From Puccinia triticina (Eukaryota), in the NCBI GenBank assembly GCA_026914245.1, contig CP110439.1, forward strand, positions 124,001 to 188,000: DNA of 64,000 nucleotides, in the 5' to 3' direction. This document shows positions 1 through 13,479 of this stretch, one piece after another (the first letter of the stretch is position 1; each line of letters opens with the position of its first letter). The translations under genes and the position numbers were made by a program. The notes beneath the pieces are model-generated. The model was not told where the DNA came from. It worked only from the letters and a program-made list of their open reading frames with translations, and did not search any database.

Positions 1-635
1 TCAAATATGTACTGATTTTTCCTTTCCTAAAGAAAGAAGCGCCCGGTCACACGCAGATTACAGGGGAGCGGCAGAAGCTCATCCAGCAAGTCAACAAACG
101 TTGCAGCCAAGATCATTGAAATCCACATTCCACCAAACCAAACCACACATACAATCTATGAGATCTCACACCTTCAAATATATCCATTTCATCATGACCA
201 ATTCATACCAACCAAAATTGATATGATTTTACCGTCGTTTACCCGAATCAGCAGGATACCAACTAATCATGTGCTTGAGGATGATCTTGTTGCACCAAAA
301 ATTATCCCTTCAATTACAGTAGCTTATTTTGATAATGTTTTTTTCAACAATCTTTGACCCGGATTGTTTTGTCTGGAACAGAACAATGGTGAAATTGGAC
401 TCTTCCTTGAATTTTGACGTTGTTCCCTTTCCGTATGATATTTTTGAGGATTTAATTTAATATAGCAAGCCTCCTTCCCCTATCTCAAACCTTGCCCCCC
501 TTTCCACCTCATAAGGTGTGGTAAGATGCACTATGAACTAAGAAAGGGTATTGTTTAGAAGTACGTATGGCAATCAATACAATGGTAAAAAAAAGATGGA
601 TTACACAATGTTTTCGGAAAGTTTTCAATCAGACT

Positions 636-721
636 TCCGGAAACCTTCGACCCATTTTGAGCTGTTTTTACAAGTTATTTCTCCGGAAACCTTCTACACA
701 TTTTGAGCTGTTTTTACAAGT
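636..721. repeat. Tandem duplication, 46-bp period
   Basis: TCCGGAAACCTTC..CATTTTGAGCTGTTTTTACAAGT occurs at 636 and 682. Confidence 0.8.
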
Positions 722-824
722 GATTCTTTCTATATTTATGTCGGGGGGGCAAACGTTTTTCCCCGACCCCGCGCTGGACGCTATCCGCACCGGCGCCGTC
801 ACCGACCTCCGAGCTCGTGTTCTC

Positions 825-940
825 CGAGCTTAACAAAGCCTTTCTGGAGGAGAGCCAGGGTCTCCGTCTCTTCGGAGGCTCGCGCTGCGCGCGAGGCAGA
901 AGAGGGACTGACTATTCAGTCTTCTCTCGCGTTGATCTAG
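825..940. mobile_element. Transposon terminus or mini-element (AcademH-like or Helitron-like end)
   Basis: Starts CGAGCTTAACAAAGCC, the same terminus as 15038. Ends with hairpin AGAGGGACTGA..TCAGTCTTCTCT followed by GTTGATCTAG. No TSD found. Confidence 0.35.
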
Positions 941-1747
941 CAGTAGCAACAAATACTGATACCAATCATTAAGTCTGTTTTCCTGCCCGTGTGGATGCTG
1001 GAATCAGGTCATCTGTTCGAAGCAATGCTGGTCCGGGTTGGAAGAACATGATAGATTTCTTTTAGATGATGTAATTTTTGATTTCGATTCTCGAGCCTGC
1101 ATTCATTAATCTACATCTGTTAATGAAGCCTCATAGGCATTAAAGGGAATATGGCTCTCAAGATTGCGCCGTTTGGTTTAATTCATCAACATTTCCAATC
1201 GCGAGGAGCTTCGGAAAATTCCGACATGACACTGCCGCTACCGGGCACGTTCTGTCTGAACGCATCAGGTTGGTAAACCCTAGAAAGTGCAGGCGAAACA
1301 GAGGAATTGTCACCCTGGATCAGATCAGCCACCCGGGCCACACAATTGAGAAAAGTTAAACACGGGCGCGCAATGTGGGATCAGACACATGGTCGAGCAC
1401 CCATGAGTTCAACTTGAAGACAAGGGTCTGATAAGTCCCGGGCCGTTAGTTATCTTCTCCAAGTGTCTCCCAGTTGCCCCGGCCCAGCCGATCGCGTTCT
1501 CATCAAGTGGAGTCACCTGTACCTTCCCTCTATAAGACCGCTTTCTGTGACGTGCATCGTTCTACTGTTCAGTGTCCTTGGAACTGGTCGGTTGGATTTA
1601 TTCGCCTAAATTCTCGGCCAGCTTTTGCTTTTAGTCCCTGAAGTGCTTCCTTACGCGGTGTTGATTTTTCAGAGTACATTCCAGTTCTTGAGTCGGCCAT
1701 TATTATCATTTGGAGTCTTCTACCAAACCTCCTCGCCTTCGAATCCG

Positions 1748-3256
1748 ATGTATTACTTTCATTTCAGCTTCTGGCTGTTGCAGCTAAACTGGCACCTTGC
1801 GGTTGCCTGTGAAGGTCCATTCCACTCGGTCAAATGGATTCATACTTTGTCATCCTGGCTGACGGTAGTCCAATTCTTTCTTATAACTCAATAGGCGATT
1901 GCGCTGCAAACCTCACAAAAGCATATGCTGAGGGCTACGTGCGGCTGGCCAATCCCGTCTTCGCAGGACTTACTCGCACCATTCAAACTTCCCTTCCGAA
2001 TGTTACCGCCGGGCAGGTCAATGCTTTTATAGAGCCAATCCGTCAAAAGACCTATAATGCAGTCCATGAAGAAGTCAAGAAGGGGCTCCAATTGATTTCG
2101 GCTCAGAACGCAAACAAATCAGGTACCATGAATTTAACTTCCGACGTAAGTTGTCCAGCACTTCTCAATGCTGGGGTGTGATTTTGCAAGTTTTGTGACG
2201 AACTACTTGGAATCCTACCAGAAACTTGCTTTGAGTGTGCTTCAGGTCGTGAATTTGGTGCTCAACGAGACACTCTCCGCTGTCAGTCAAACGATCGCCA
2301 CGCTGGGGGCTTTGGATAAAAAACAACCAGGGGTAGCATCTTCAGCGCCTCCAGTAAAAGTGCCTGTCAGTGTCGGTCCTTGCGTCCGTCTGTGTTATCA
2401 CCATAAAAATACAATCACATCGTGTTTCTAAATCATATTTCCCAATGCCAACCTCATAGCAGGCTGAAGTCCCTCCAAGTCCGATAAAGCCAATGGAAAC
2501 ACCTGGCAGACCTTTCGCGGTTTCCACTATCCCTATCAATGCCCCCGGAGCACCCAAGTTGCCAAAGAGACAAGCCCACGAGAATACCGAATCTCGGGAA
2601 TTTTCAAGATCTGCGAACTCAAGAGAGAACGGAAAACCTCAAGCACTCTCTGCCCATCCGGCCTCGGCAGACTTTCACCCGGTCCCTGATGCTCCTGTGC
2701 AAGATCCCTGCGCCATTAGGCTCATCGAAAACATCATTTGCCTCCGCAATTTGCCAATTGTTTCTGGTATTCTTAAGAGACGATCGTTTGCTTCGTCCAA
2801 ATCACCTATGCCAGCTTTACTATCATCTCAACATGGACAAACTTTCAGCTCGATTTCGAAGAGAAGCCTTGGCGATGAAGCGACTTTAAGAGGCGTTCCT
2901 CGCATCTACATTTTGACTGACATTCAAGCCGACGAGTTGACTAGTCAGGGGAGCCCGGAAAATTTGCCAGATTTATCTGATGAAATCGAGCCTAAGAACG
3001 TGCAATCATTCCACAATCCAATTCAAATTCCATTCCATGAGCTCGACCCTGGGCAAGAAGATCGTGAAGGTCGCAGGCGCGTTGAGAGTATTCTGCAGGA
3101 TGCCTGGAGGGTGTTCGAAGCGCGTTTCAAAATCAATCAAGAGTTGTTGTGGGAGACATTTAGAAAGGTGAGTTGGATGCCTAAATAACCCATCGTCCGA
3201 CAGATGCACTTATTTGCTTGCCTTCTACGTAGGAGCATCTTGCACCATTGAATTAA
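1748..3256 (+). CDS. Secreted protein of unknown function, 5 exons, candidate effector
   Basis: ATG1748 gives the hydrophobic leader MYYFHFSFWLLQLNWHLAVA-CE. GT-AG introns join ORFs 1834, 2168 and 2493, and the last exon EHLAPLN* ends at 3256. TATAAG lies at about 1531. Several KR/RR dibasic sites. Confidence 0.7.
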
Positions 3257-4265
3257 AAATAGCACGGTCCGATCAAGTCCACCAGTATCCCAATCGAAGG
3301 GTACATGCTAGGAAGCTTGAGTACATCTGAAAGCAGGCCATTTTCCTGGCATCTCTACTAAGTTCTATTGTCCGCCTAAACTTGATGTGGTTAGCCTTTT
3401 GTTCTCATTTTTCGATATTCCAGCAGCATTTCCTCATGATGTAATTGTACATATATATGTTGTCTACATGCACATTGCTTAACCCCCGGATGGGATGGAC
3501 CACTAGAGTAATGTTACGGTACACGAATCTATGAAGGATTGAAAATTATTTCACCGAGTTTAGTTGGTCCTTGAACCCGTTTTATTTCGTTGAAATATTA
3601 CTGTAATTGTATGAAGCAACCCTTTTGGGGATTTGATGAGTTTTGCTTATTTTCTGCCGAAATTCCATGACTCCATCACTGTCCTGTCACCGAGAGTCGC
3701 TATGGCCTGTCAACGGCGTCATGGTCAGAAGGAACCCAGGCCCAGACTCCGTCATTTTTTTTTTTTTTTGCTTTGAAAGACAAATTCACCGTACCTTTTC
3801 AAGGTTCACCAGATTCCACGGGTCTACAGCGGACCATGAGCGAGAACAATGTCAGGAAGCAATACCAGCTCTACATAGTCAGTCTTGTTTCTAGAATTCT
3901 CTACAGATAATCATGATGCTTGACATATTTGCTTGTGTTTTGCCCTCACGCCTGAATTTAATGGATTAGTCATTCGTGAACACATCATTACATGTGTGAT
4001 TGTGAAGTATTTTCCAGTGGTTTTACCAAAGGGAAATAACTTTGCACCGATCTTCATATTGATTGCTTTCCTTGAATAACAAGCAAAAGACCAAGGGAGG
4101 ATGATTTCGACTGCCAATGGCAGTATTGAAGGATTCCAAAAGCAAGCAAATATATACACCGAACTGTCCACAAAAGCAATAAGCTAAAGTGTTCTTAATT
4201 CTAATTTCACCGATAACGGCATGGCGGAAGATATAGGAGAAATGCGCAAGAAACTTTGTTTGCTT

Positions 4266-7200
4266 TTACGAGGATTGGGACAATTGATCAGCATGTCTAA
4301 TCAAGTCGATGGCGATTTTTTTGAGATAGAATTGCCGCTGATCGATGGGTAAGCAGTTAAAGCGCGAGCCGAGTGAGTCGTTCTGATCGAGAGGTGGGTC
4401 TGCTAAGCGTTGATGAGGAGCTGCAGCCAAGATATCCTGGAACAGTCGCTCGTGGAGCTCGTTGTAAGGTGCCAGATCGATATTGCCCCATATGTCCTTC
4501 TTCTTAGACTCGTAAAAGTCTGAGAGGCGATCGGTTTTGAAAAACGTGTTGACCGAGATGCTCGGCTCTAGCGTCTGGACGGCGTGTATCCAGTTCGCGG
4601 GTATAAATAAGCTATCTCCTGGCTGTTCATACCGTCAAACGAAGCCCCATCTTCATCATCAACTATCCCTCGAATACAAACGGCTGGCGCAGATGATTTG
4701 GACGTACATTTAAGACACAAAGCAGTGGATGCGACTTGCGATAGAGTGGGAACCGATCCAAATCGGGCGGGTCGAAGCTAGGAATATGTGATGAACTACC
4801 TTCGATATACAGATTGGTAATCTCCCTGTTGGTCGATCGAGATACAGTTAGCCGCCACATGGAAATTCCAAGGAATCGGAGGCGGGTCTGAATTTACCTT
4901 GGGTGCCAGAGCCTGACCAGTTTTTTCCCTTGAACTTGCACAAGGATATTGTCGTATGTATCGTAGTGAGCCCAGAGACTGGCCGCCATTGTGAAAAAGA
5001 CAATGCGATTCAATACACATGCGGATTCGATTTTATATTTCACATAAAAAACCTTACCCCATATCAGCCCCAGAAATCCGGAGAACACTCGAAAAGAAGG
5101 CGTCACGATCAATAATATAATCATTCACGGCTGGAGGGATCTTAAAATCGAGAGAGATTTCGGGGAAGTCGGAATGAAAATTAGAGGGATGTTTGGGGGA
5201 GTTGGATAATGAGCGAAGGTAAACGATCCGGCGATCCTTGTTCTCGCCGCCAGAAGTTGCGGCGCCGGTTGTTCGATCGATCAGCTCCATAAAGCTCATC
5301 GTCTCGTATTTGAAGTTCTTATCGTGCCATCTTAAAGTGGTGAAAGAGAGAGGATTGGAGAGATGAACCGAGCATTTCTTCTGTCCACACTTCAGCTTGA
5401 GATAGTCAGGTGTCCAACTTTCGACACACTCTCCAATCTCCTCCCGAGTATCGAACAACACAGGCTTAGCAGCCGAAACGACATCGATCCAGGCTTGGCT
5501 CGTTAGTTTGTCGATCCGAGGCAGTTCTTGAACTTGGTCCCAAGTATCTTCAGGGGAGGGATCGAAGGTCCCATAAGACATTCGATTTACTTGTTCATGG
5601 TTTTTGTAGATCGCGCCAGTATGTTCAGTCAGGCCCAGACCAGAATCAGAGATGATCTCGGCAGATGTATCGAAACTGCTCCCGAATGAAAAGCATGTCG
5701 CACCCCCTCCTACCACGAGTGCTACTTTCGAGCCAAGCTGACTACCCCCATTCGCATTGATGGTTGAAATTGTGTGGCCTATCATGGTTTGAGCTTTTTG
5801 CCGGCCGAGTTGAAGTATACGAGATGTCCTGGATTTTAAATCCAATAATATGTATTGGGTTTCGGTAGTAATCACGCCGTTTTCAGAGATCCCACCACTC
5901 ATGATTAGCGTCTTATTCTCCTGATCCCATGAGGTGATCCGATGTGAATATCGATGAAGCAGAGCATCATCAAAGTTGAAATTGAGCAGCTCTGGCGCAT
6001 CAGATCGAACATTGACCGTCAAGTCCTCCGCAAACATCACGCCGACTTGAATGTTCCTCCCGAGCCGGCTTGTTGATGCGCCACCGCAGATGGCCGTGAT
6101 CCCTCCAAATACGTATAACTCTTGATCGCGTGAATCGTAGTAGATCTGGTGGGAATGCCGGGGTCCGATGATCCCGTCAATGTCAATCAATGCAGTCCAC
6201 CGATTTCGATTAGGATCAAACAACCAGGCATCCTTCAGGATCACCCCTTCCAAACCTATCCCGCCATGGATCAGAACGTAAGAAGAGTTTCCGATCAGCA
6301 GACTGAGAGCTGCATGTCTAAATCGAGGAGCAGGCCAGGGATGGTCGAGTGTAACTGGCTTGACTGAGTTCCACGTGTTGGTTGTATAGTTAAAGAGGTA
6401 TGCATCTGCCAGCGGGACTCGGGGTGAAGATCTTCCGCCGAACAAGAAGACACATGTGGTCTGATCCTGATCGTTGATGACCGATGAAGCCGTGTGGAAC
6501 AATCTAGGCGATGGGGTGGAGGGATTGACGGGTAGTGGGGTAGTTTGGAGGGACGAAGTTCGAGGCGAGAGAGTGAGAATGAGCGGATGGGCTAGTCTGG
6601 AATGCGCTGGGGAAGATTTGAGTTTCTGATCAAGGTTCTTGCAGATCGGACTTGGGAGGCCAAAGCCACCGAAGACGAAAAGCTGCCCATTTGGGAGTGG
6701 GGTTGAGGTGTGTCCGCGCCTGTGTATGGACGAATCTACCGAGCTGTAGCTCCACGACAGACCGGGGCTATCTGGGCGTGGTGAAGCAATCGGATGAGTT
6801 GCGGCGGGTGATCGGTGCCGAAGCGGCGGTAGGGTGATTGTGCCGGTCGGAGGTCGAGGATGGGTATGGATGAGGCCTGGTTCGGAGTAGGCGATCCCGA
6901 CGAGATAGTGAGAGAGAAACAAGTCTAATTCTTCCCTAGACAAAGCTTTCTTTAGTGGTCAGCTCACCCGAACTTCAATAGGAAGATAGAAGAGGACGGG
7001 TCACATACCACTCATCGAATTCTTCCAAGTTGATCAGCCTTTCTTTCTCGGTGCGTGAGATCTGGTTGAGATCGAATGCTTTCCAGAGATCATGGAGCGT
7101 CGACATCTCCACGGTCTTCCAATACCTTCCGAGTCTGTTGAGCTGATCTGAGATGGTTGGATAGGCCAGGGTGCCTCTGATGGGCGTTCGAAGCTTGTGG

Positions 7201-7925
7201 AAATGTTTGAGCATCGTATCCGAGAAGGCAGTGGGGCTGGCTGGCAGGACTTGTTCCAAGCAGCTCCAGATCATGTTGGGAAATGATTGGCTGAGGTTGT
7301 GGAGGAGCTGATCGGACTTGTCGAAGGGCATATAAACGGTTGAGACTTCTGATACGAATAGGATCCGAGCATCGCGCCTGCCTTGGAGTAAGTCGATTAA
7401 TTTGTGAATGAATCGATGGCTATCACACAGGTCGCAGCCGAGTAGGGCATAGGAGGTGCTCGCGTTAGGTAGCCGAATCCAGTCTCCGACCGTCGAGCTG
7501 CTAAAACCTGGGAGGATCGATTGGAGTTCTTCGGATTGGGAGATCAGCTGGTGCTTCTTGGCGATCAGCTCGGGGTAATCGGCATCGATATATTGGATGG
7601 TCTCGGTAGTGGTCGTGGCGGTGGTTGTGGCTAGTTTGAAGAAGCCTGGGTCGTAGCCACAGCCGAGGCTGACGATGACGAGCGGGGCCGGTTGGGCGTC
7701 GGTGAATCTGGAGACGATGAGATCGACGAGCAGCGTCCGGAGGGTGTAGCCGATGTTGATCAGCGCGGTCCTTCGCTGGGGCCTGTGTGCGAATGCTCGG
7801 AGGAACTGCGGGTGGGGGAAGTAGCCGAGGCGTTCGGCGCTCCGCTTGCTGAGGATGCTCGAGTCGTTGGTGCCGATGACCAGGGTGCGTGGGCTGGCGT
7901 CCGGCTGGTTGGTCTTCTTCGCCAT
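4266..7925 (-). CDS. TYW4: tRNA wybutosine-synthesising protein 4 (LCMT methyltransferase + Kelch repeats) fused to a C-terminal TYW5-like JmjC domain
   Basis: LCM motifs GTNDSSILSKRSAERLGY, INIGYTLR, VSLGCGYD, EEFDEWEE and SHY; Kelch repeats (FVFGG, FLFGGRSSP, HGG); VVGGGATCFSFG; JmjC LWAHYDTYDNILVQVQGKK...PGDSLFIPANWIHAV. Four GT-AG introns. Confidence 0.92.
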
Positions 7926-8002
7926 ATTCGTTGTCTGCTGCCGGCGATTAAAGAACAGATCAAATCAAACCAAATCAAATCAAGTGGGAACAAGACAAAA
8001 TA

Positions 8003-8621
8003 CGGACTTACTTCGCCCACTGCGAAAAACTCTTCGTGCACTGCACAGTGCGCGAAGTCCCCAAACACTTTGCACACTGCAGGTGAAATATCAAAGTTTT
8101 TCAAGTTTTTTCTTGACCAATCAATAGAATGGCTTTTTATTGGCCTCTGTGTATTTTTTACATATAGGATCAGCCATTTTTGAACTTTTTAGCTACTTTG
8201 TGCAAGATAAAGGGTCTGAAAAATGAGGAAATTGCATGTGCAATCCACCAAAGTTTGCTATTATGTGGTGAAATTTCCTCATTTTTGAGACCCTTACTCT
8301 TGCAAAAAAAGTTCCCAAGTGGCTGTTCCTATATGTTCCATGAGTCAATAAATTATTTTGAGTTTTTGGCCCATGGGAACTTTGATTTTCAGGCCCCCAA
8401 ATGCTACATCTGTTTTTTGCTTTTAATATTTTTTTAGCATACAAGGCAATCTGGAAAAACTCCCAAAAAATTCACAGAGGCCAATAAAAAGCCATTCTAT
8501 TGATTGGTCAAGAAAAAACTTGAAAAACTTTGATATTTCTCCTGCAGTGCGCAAAGTGTTTGGGGACTTTGCACACTGTGCAGTGCGCAAAGAGTTTTTT
8601 GCAGTGCGCCAAGTAAGTCCG
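8003..8621. mobile_element. MITE with about 150-bp TIRs (Tc1/mariner-like)
   Basis: CGGACTTACTT...GGCCTCTGTG (8003 to ~8150) is inverted at ~8475-8621 (...AAGTAAGTCCG). Left flank TA, right flank TT. Confidence 0.85.
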
Positions 8622-8668
8622 TTCTTATATTTGATACCCCCTAATGGTGTATTATTACAGCATTTTCA

Positions 8669-9173
8669 GACCCCCTATAGATGGGCGGCACCAAAAATCT
8701 GGAAATTTGCAAAAATTCATACATTTGCAGAGCCCATTCATACACGTTTTGTGCGTACCCTCAGAGGATTTCCAAAATTTTCATACATTTTTTGTGCCTA
8801 CCATTATTTTTGCGGCTGGGGGCGCAAAGCCTGTTTTTTTTTTGCGGCTAGCCATTTCTCATAGCTTCAGGGATCCTGGGTAAACTGTGTAAACTGGTAC
8901 AAAAATATTAACCTGGGTGTTCACCGCTGCTGAAGGGGGGGGGGGGGGGGGGGGGGGGGGGAGAGAGCAGTTGTGAGTTGTGTTCCTCTCATAAATTCAT
9001 ACATTTCTGGTTACTACCCTCCCTTCTCTGAGGAAAATTTTATACATTTGAGGTGCCTACCCTTAATGGCAAACAAGGCCATTCATACATTTTCTCTGCG
9101 TATCATTTTGCAATTTGGCCGGAAAATTCATTCATTTTGGTGCCGCCCATTTATAGGTGGTTGCCAGGGTCCT
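8669..9173. mobile_element. Degenerate MITE of the same family as 15400-15758
   Basis: CCCCCTATAGATGGGCGGCACCAAAA is inverted as TTTTGGTGCCGCCCATTTATAGG..CCAGGGTCCT. Repeated ATTCATACATT motif; long internal poly-G tract at ~8935-8960. Confidence 0.7.
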
Positions 9174-9981
9174 TGGCAAGCCAAGCAAAACTTTTGGCCT
9201 CCTTGTAACAACTGACTTGATTGTTGTTACTATTGGAAGTTATGTTAATTAATGTTTAGATAAGCAAGAAGGATGATGTCATTTGATTGATGAATCATGT
9301 GCTTTTGTTTTCCGGTAAAGTATTATTAGTAATCGTAAGTCTTTTATTTCAAATTAATACTCAGTTCATTTGGAAATATTCTTGGATTTGTTGTTACTAG
9401 GGAAATTGTGGCTGCACCGCGGAACACAAAATGTAAAATGCAGAATCAGGTTAAGTTCCAGCCATGAGACTAAATCTACAGTATTAGTAGCCTTATATTA
9501 GAGCTCAAGTCCTAAAGATTGGATAAAATATCATTGAACAAATAAATTATCTTACATAGCAAAATGCTTAAATAATACCCCCTGACATCTCAAACCCCCA
9601 GTGGCACTTGGCCAAGTGGGAGTTTGTGTGTGCCCAGCCGCGCTTGCAACACCAATATATACAGTGGAGCACTTCCCATTGCAATCTGGCAGCCTCCCAG
9701 AGTTCCAAAGTAGATTTCCCTGCAAAATTTGGCTCAGATCTGGGTCTAGAAGGGGTTCACAGATTGACAGCAAGTCCTTCTGATTGTAATTCCAGGAATG
9801 CTTGGACAAATTCTTGAGCTGTGCACTCCAAATCATGGGTGGTCATTGTTTTGACTTTGCTAATGTCCCCCTCATGTATGTGCATACAAGGGGGTGAAAA
9901 ATCACAAGCTGGGCCTCCTGCAGATCAACAACATGTACACACCGGTTAGAAAGATGTAAAATGCCCATCTGAATTGGAATA

Positions 9982-10314
9982 TTTCCCTAAAAAATGTGGG
10001 TATCATCTAGAATTGAGCCAAAAAAGGATGGAAATAGGCAGGTAATAAAAGCCAAGTCAAGCTTGGAGCTGTATGGTACCAGATTTCAGCTAGACATCCT
10101 GGATTCTTAACACATATAAGCTTCTGAGTTGTTTTTGTGTTTGTTTGTTTTCCAATGTCTACATGTACATGCATGTGGACTGTTTTCCACTTTACCAATG
10201 TCACCCTCATGTATGCGCGTAAATTGGGGTGTCAGATCACAGGAGGGGCCTTTGACAGCTCCATTACAAGTACACATGGGTCAGAAAGCCATTGAAGCCC
10301 CCGCTAACCACATT
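9982..10314. repeat. Dispersed repeat, copy 1 (direct copy at 12867-13200; partial copy at ~9840-9965)
   Basis: TTTCCCTAAAAAA..GTATCATCTA.AATTGAGCCAAAAAAGGATG...CAGAAAGCCATT.AAGCCCCCGC aligns between the copies. Confidence 0.75.
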
Positions 10315-12866
10315 CACATTTTGTGAAGCCCCTTGCACCAACGGTGAAACCACTGCGCTGCGCTGACAGCAGCAGCACTTTTAGCGCAGTGCAACTGTCT
10401 ACCGCTGATCCTCCAGCCCAATCAGCGTTAGTGCAGCGGTTATAGTGCTGCGCTAACGCTGAATTCAGCGGTTTGTATTGAATCTGAGAACTGAGGTCAA
10501 AGCTGAGAGCAAGGACAGAAGGGCCTGAGGAACAAAAAGCTCAGAGATACATTGAGTGAGACAACAAAAGGGGGCCAAGGAAGCCCTCTAGGAGGGCAAA
10601 AAGCTGCTAGCTCGCGTGGAAGAAAAGCACACATGCTAAGTACAAGAGGCTTTATCCTGTAGAGACCTCAGGGAAATGTGTGCAGAAGAAGATGAGGTGT
10701 ATTTCTTCTGTAAAGCAGAGGTTATAAACTATAGGGTACAAATTGTGGGCAGAAGGTGAACATGCATATTCATCTGGAGGAGAAAGGAGTGAAAGATGTG
10801 TGAAAGGGAGAGAAATGGAAACCTGAGCAGTTGCAGTTTCAACAGTTTGCCACGGATGCTGTGGAACTAATCTGAGGGAAGAATAGAGCTTGAGAGGGAT
10901 TTGGTGCTTGAAGGGCTGCCTCTCAGGGGAACAAGAAAAAGAATATAAGAGTATGGACTCTTAAGGAAATTAGGTGTGGCTATAGAGGATTCTTGAGGTA
11001 TTTCTAAGGGTTTACTTTCTACCAATCTAATAGCAAGGTAAAGGTAATGTAAAGTCTGTTCAACCTGATATATTTGGCATAGACTTATCAAGCTTGTCCA
11101 CTCTGATTTAATGGCATAAGCTAGGCTAGTGAATGGTGACCAGTGATCTGGATTGCTGGGACAGGATCTGATGGGGAACAAAAAGTAGGGCCAAAGAGGG
11201 CAGACTATATACAAAATATTATGGGGCTGGGTTGTGGTTAGAAGAAAATATGAAACAGTGAAAATTCTCAATCAAGGGGCTGGGGCTGAAAATGCTATGG
11301 GGATGGAAGGTTCTGGAATGAGGCTGAAATGTGGAGAGACAATGAAACATCAGAAGAAAGGGATTAAATATCATATGAGAGGCTGAAAAGGGAAGGGCTG
11401 AAACCAAAGGGGACAAGGGGTTACCAAGATGGGATCTCCATGGTTATTACATGTGTGGCTAATTCCAAAATGAGGTTGTTATGCTGGATTGGGAAGGGAG
11501 GAAGAGATGATGAATATTCAGGGCCTTTCCTAATAGTCTGGCTCTGTCTGATGGGTAAATTTATCCCACTTGTGCCTAGCTGGGAGCCTGAGGAGTATTG
11601 AGTTGGTGTAGGTGGGTATCCAGAAGGTGGGGAAAAAGGGTGAAGAGAGAATGGGGGGCCTGTTGGTGGGTATTAGTTTTCCTGGCCTTGATTCTTGAGG
11701 AGGTGGGGCCTTGAGTATTCCAGAGAGGGTTATATTGAGGGAAAAAGACTTTGATTTTGGTGCCATATTCAGGATTGGCTTACCACATCGCCCGCCAAAG
11801 CCTTTCTGATGATGTGTGATCCCACTGGCCCTTCTTCTTTATATTTACCGCTCCCTTTGTCTTCCTTCTTCTTGTACTTGTGTGTTATTGTGGCTAGATG
11901 AGTGGAATCAACAACCCCAAGAGCAGAGTTTTCACCCCATAGCACAATGATGAACAAATTTTTGTATTGTCTCCCTGAATCATTCAGTGATAAACTGTTT
12001 CTTGCAGCATGGGTTTTTAGGATCATTGAATTTGCTCAAGTGAAAGAAGGTGAAGATTAAGAACGCTATCATCCAGGCAGAACTTACCAAAGCCCTCAAA
12101 AAGCTCAATATTGAGGGTGACTAATTGAAGTGGAAAAATAGCACTATTCACATTGGGCTGTGGTCAGCAGAATTTTATGTTGCATCAGCAAACTGCAATT
12201 TGAAATTGGAGTGTAATATTACACACCAAATTTAACCACTGGTGTGCAAAGGGTTCTCACCCTCATCAGGCAACCCTCCCCCCCCCCCCCCCCCCCCATG
12301 TGCACAGTACACCAAGCCTCAGCTTACTCCACCAACAACAAAATTCATTGGATTCCAGCACAAATAATGAAATAAAAGTGCCAATTGGGACTCAAACATG
12401 ACATAGAAAAGGCAGTGGCAGCTACTTGCTTTTAATTTCTCAACTTTTCCAAGACCCATAAACCCGCACAAATCACCTGGATTTCTTGTGCTGAGGGCCA
12501 GTTTTTTTGCTTATGTAGATATTTAACCTGAAGTACTGTTTTAGGTTTTTTTTGCTCCTTGGTTCTTGATGGCTGTCCAGCTTGAAAAACTATTTCTCTG
12601 AGAGAAAGAGATTGGTTAACATAATTGGTATTTTAATGTTTATCACATGCTGTATTGTGCATATCTGCCTTATCTTTTCATCAAAGTTTGTTTTCTGGAT
12701 ACTGGTAAACTGTTTCCTTGATTTATTTCAAAGTAAGAAGAATAATTCACAAAGTCTTACCAGGCAAAGGATCAAACTGAATTATCCATTGATCACTGTG
12801 TCATACTGCTGTTTTGATTTTCTTGGGTGACGGAAAATGCAGCGGCGCAGCCGCCTTGGCCTCTAG

Positions 12867-13200
12867 TTTCCCTAAAAAAAGGCAGGTATCATCTATAATT
12901 GAGCCAAAAAAGGATGAAAATAGGGTGAAAGTATGTGTCAAGTCAAGCTTGGATGTTTGGGGTACCACATTTCAGCTAGACAACCTGGATTCTTAACACA
13001 TATAAGCTTGTGGGTTTTTTTTATGGTTTTTTGTTTTCCAATGTCCCCATGCACATGCATGTGAGCTGTTTTCCATTTTGATAATTTCACCTTTGTGTAC
13101 GCGCGTACATTGGGGTGACAGATCACCAGAGGGGCCTTTCACAGCTACATGACAAGTAAAAACTGGTCAGAAAGCCATTAAAGCCCCCGCCAGTCACATT
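12867..13200. repeat. Dispersed repeat, copy 2
   Basis: Direct copy of 9982-10314. Confidence 0.75.
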
Positions 13201-13479
13201 TATGTTGTGTTCTCACGTAGAGAAATTGATCAACATAAGTTCACCATAAACAATTGATAATTGGGCATTGAATAAATATCATTTCATTATAGGTTGTAAT
13301 TGAGTTATCCTTAAAGAATAAAAATTGCATGAGGTCCTGTGATATAACTTCCTCATAAATTATGACAGACTTCCCATTGAATTCTGGATAATTTATCAAT
13401 CATTTCCTAATACACATCTGACTGACATCAGACCCAGAACTACATAAAATTACAGTCAGGCACTCTCTGGAGAGTGCGT

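Noticed and set aside
8935..8960. Poly-G tract (also poly-C at ~12278 and ~30419) as functional G-quadruplexes
   Set aside because: They lie inside TE-like sequence, homopolymer length is unreliable, and nothing else supports function.
10480..11770. Possible decayed retroelement ORF on the minus strand
   Set aside because: Purine-skewed and ORF-like, but I could not find a diagnostic gag/RT motif, LTR pair or TSD.
9982..13200. The two ~335-bp direct repeats as LTRs of one retrotransposon
   Set aside because: No TG..CA ends, PBS, PPT or TSD, and a third partial copy lies upstream.
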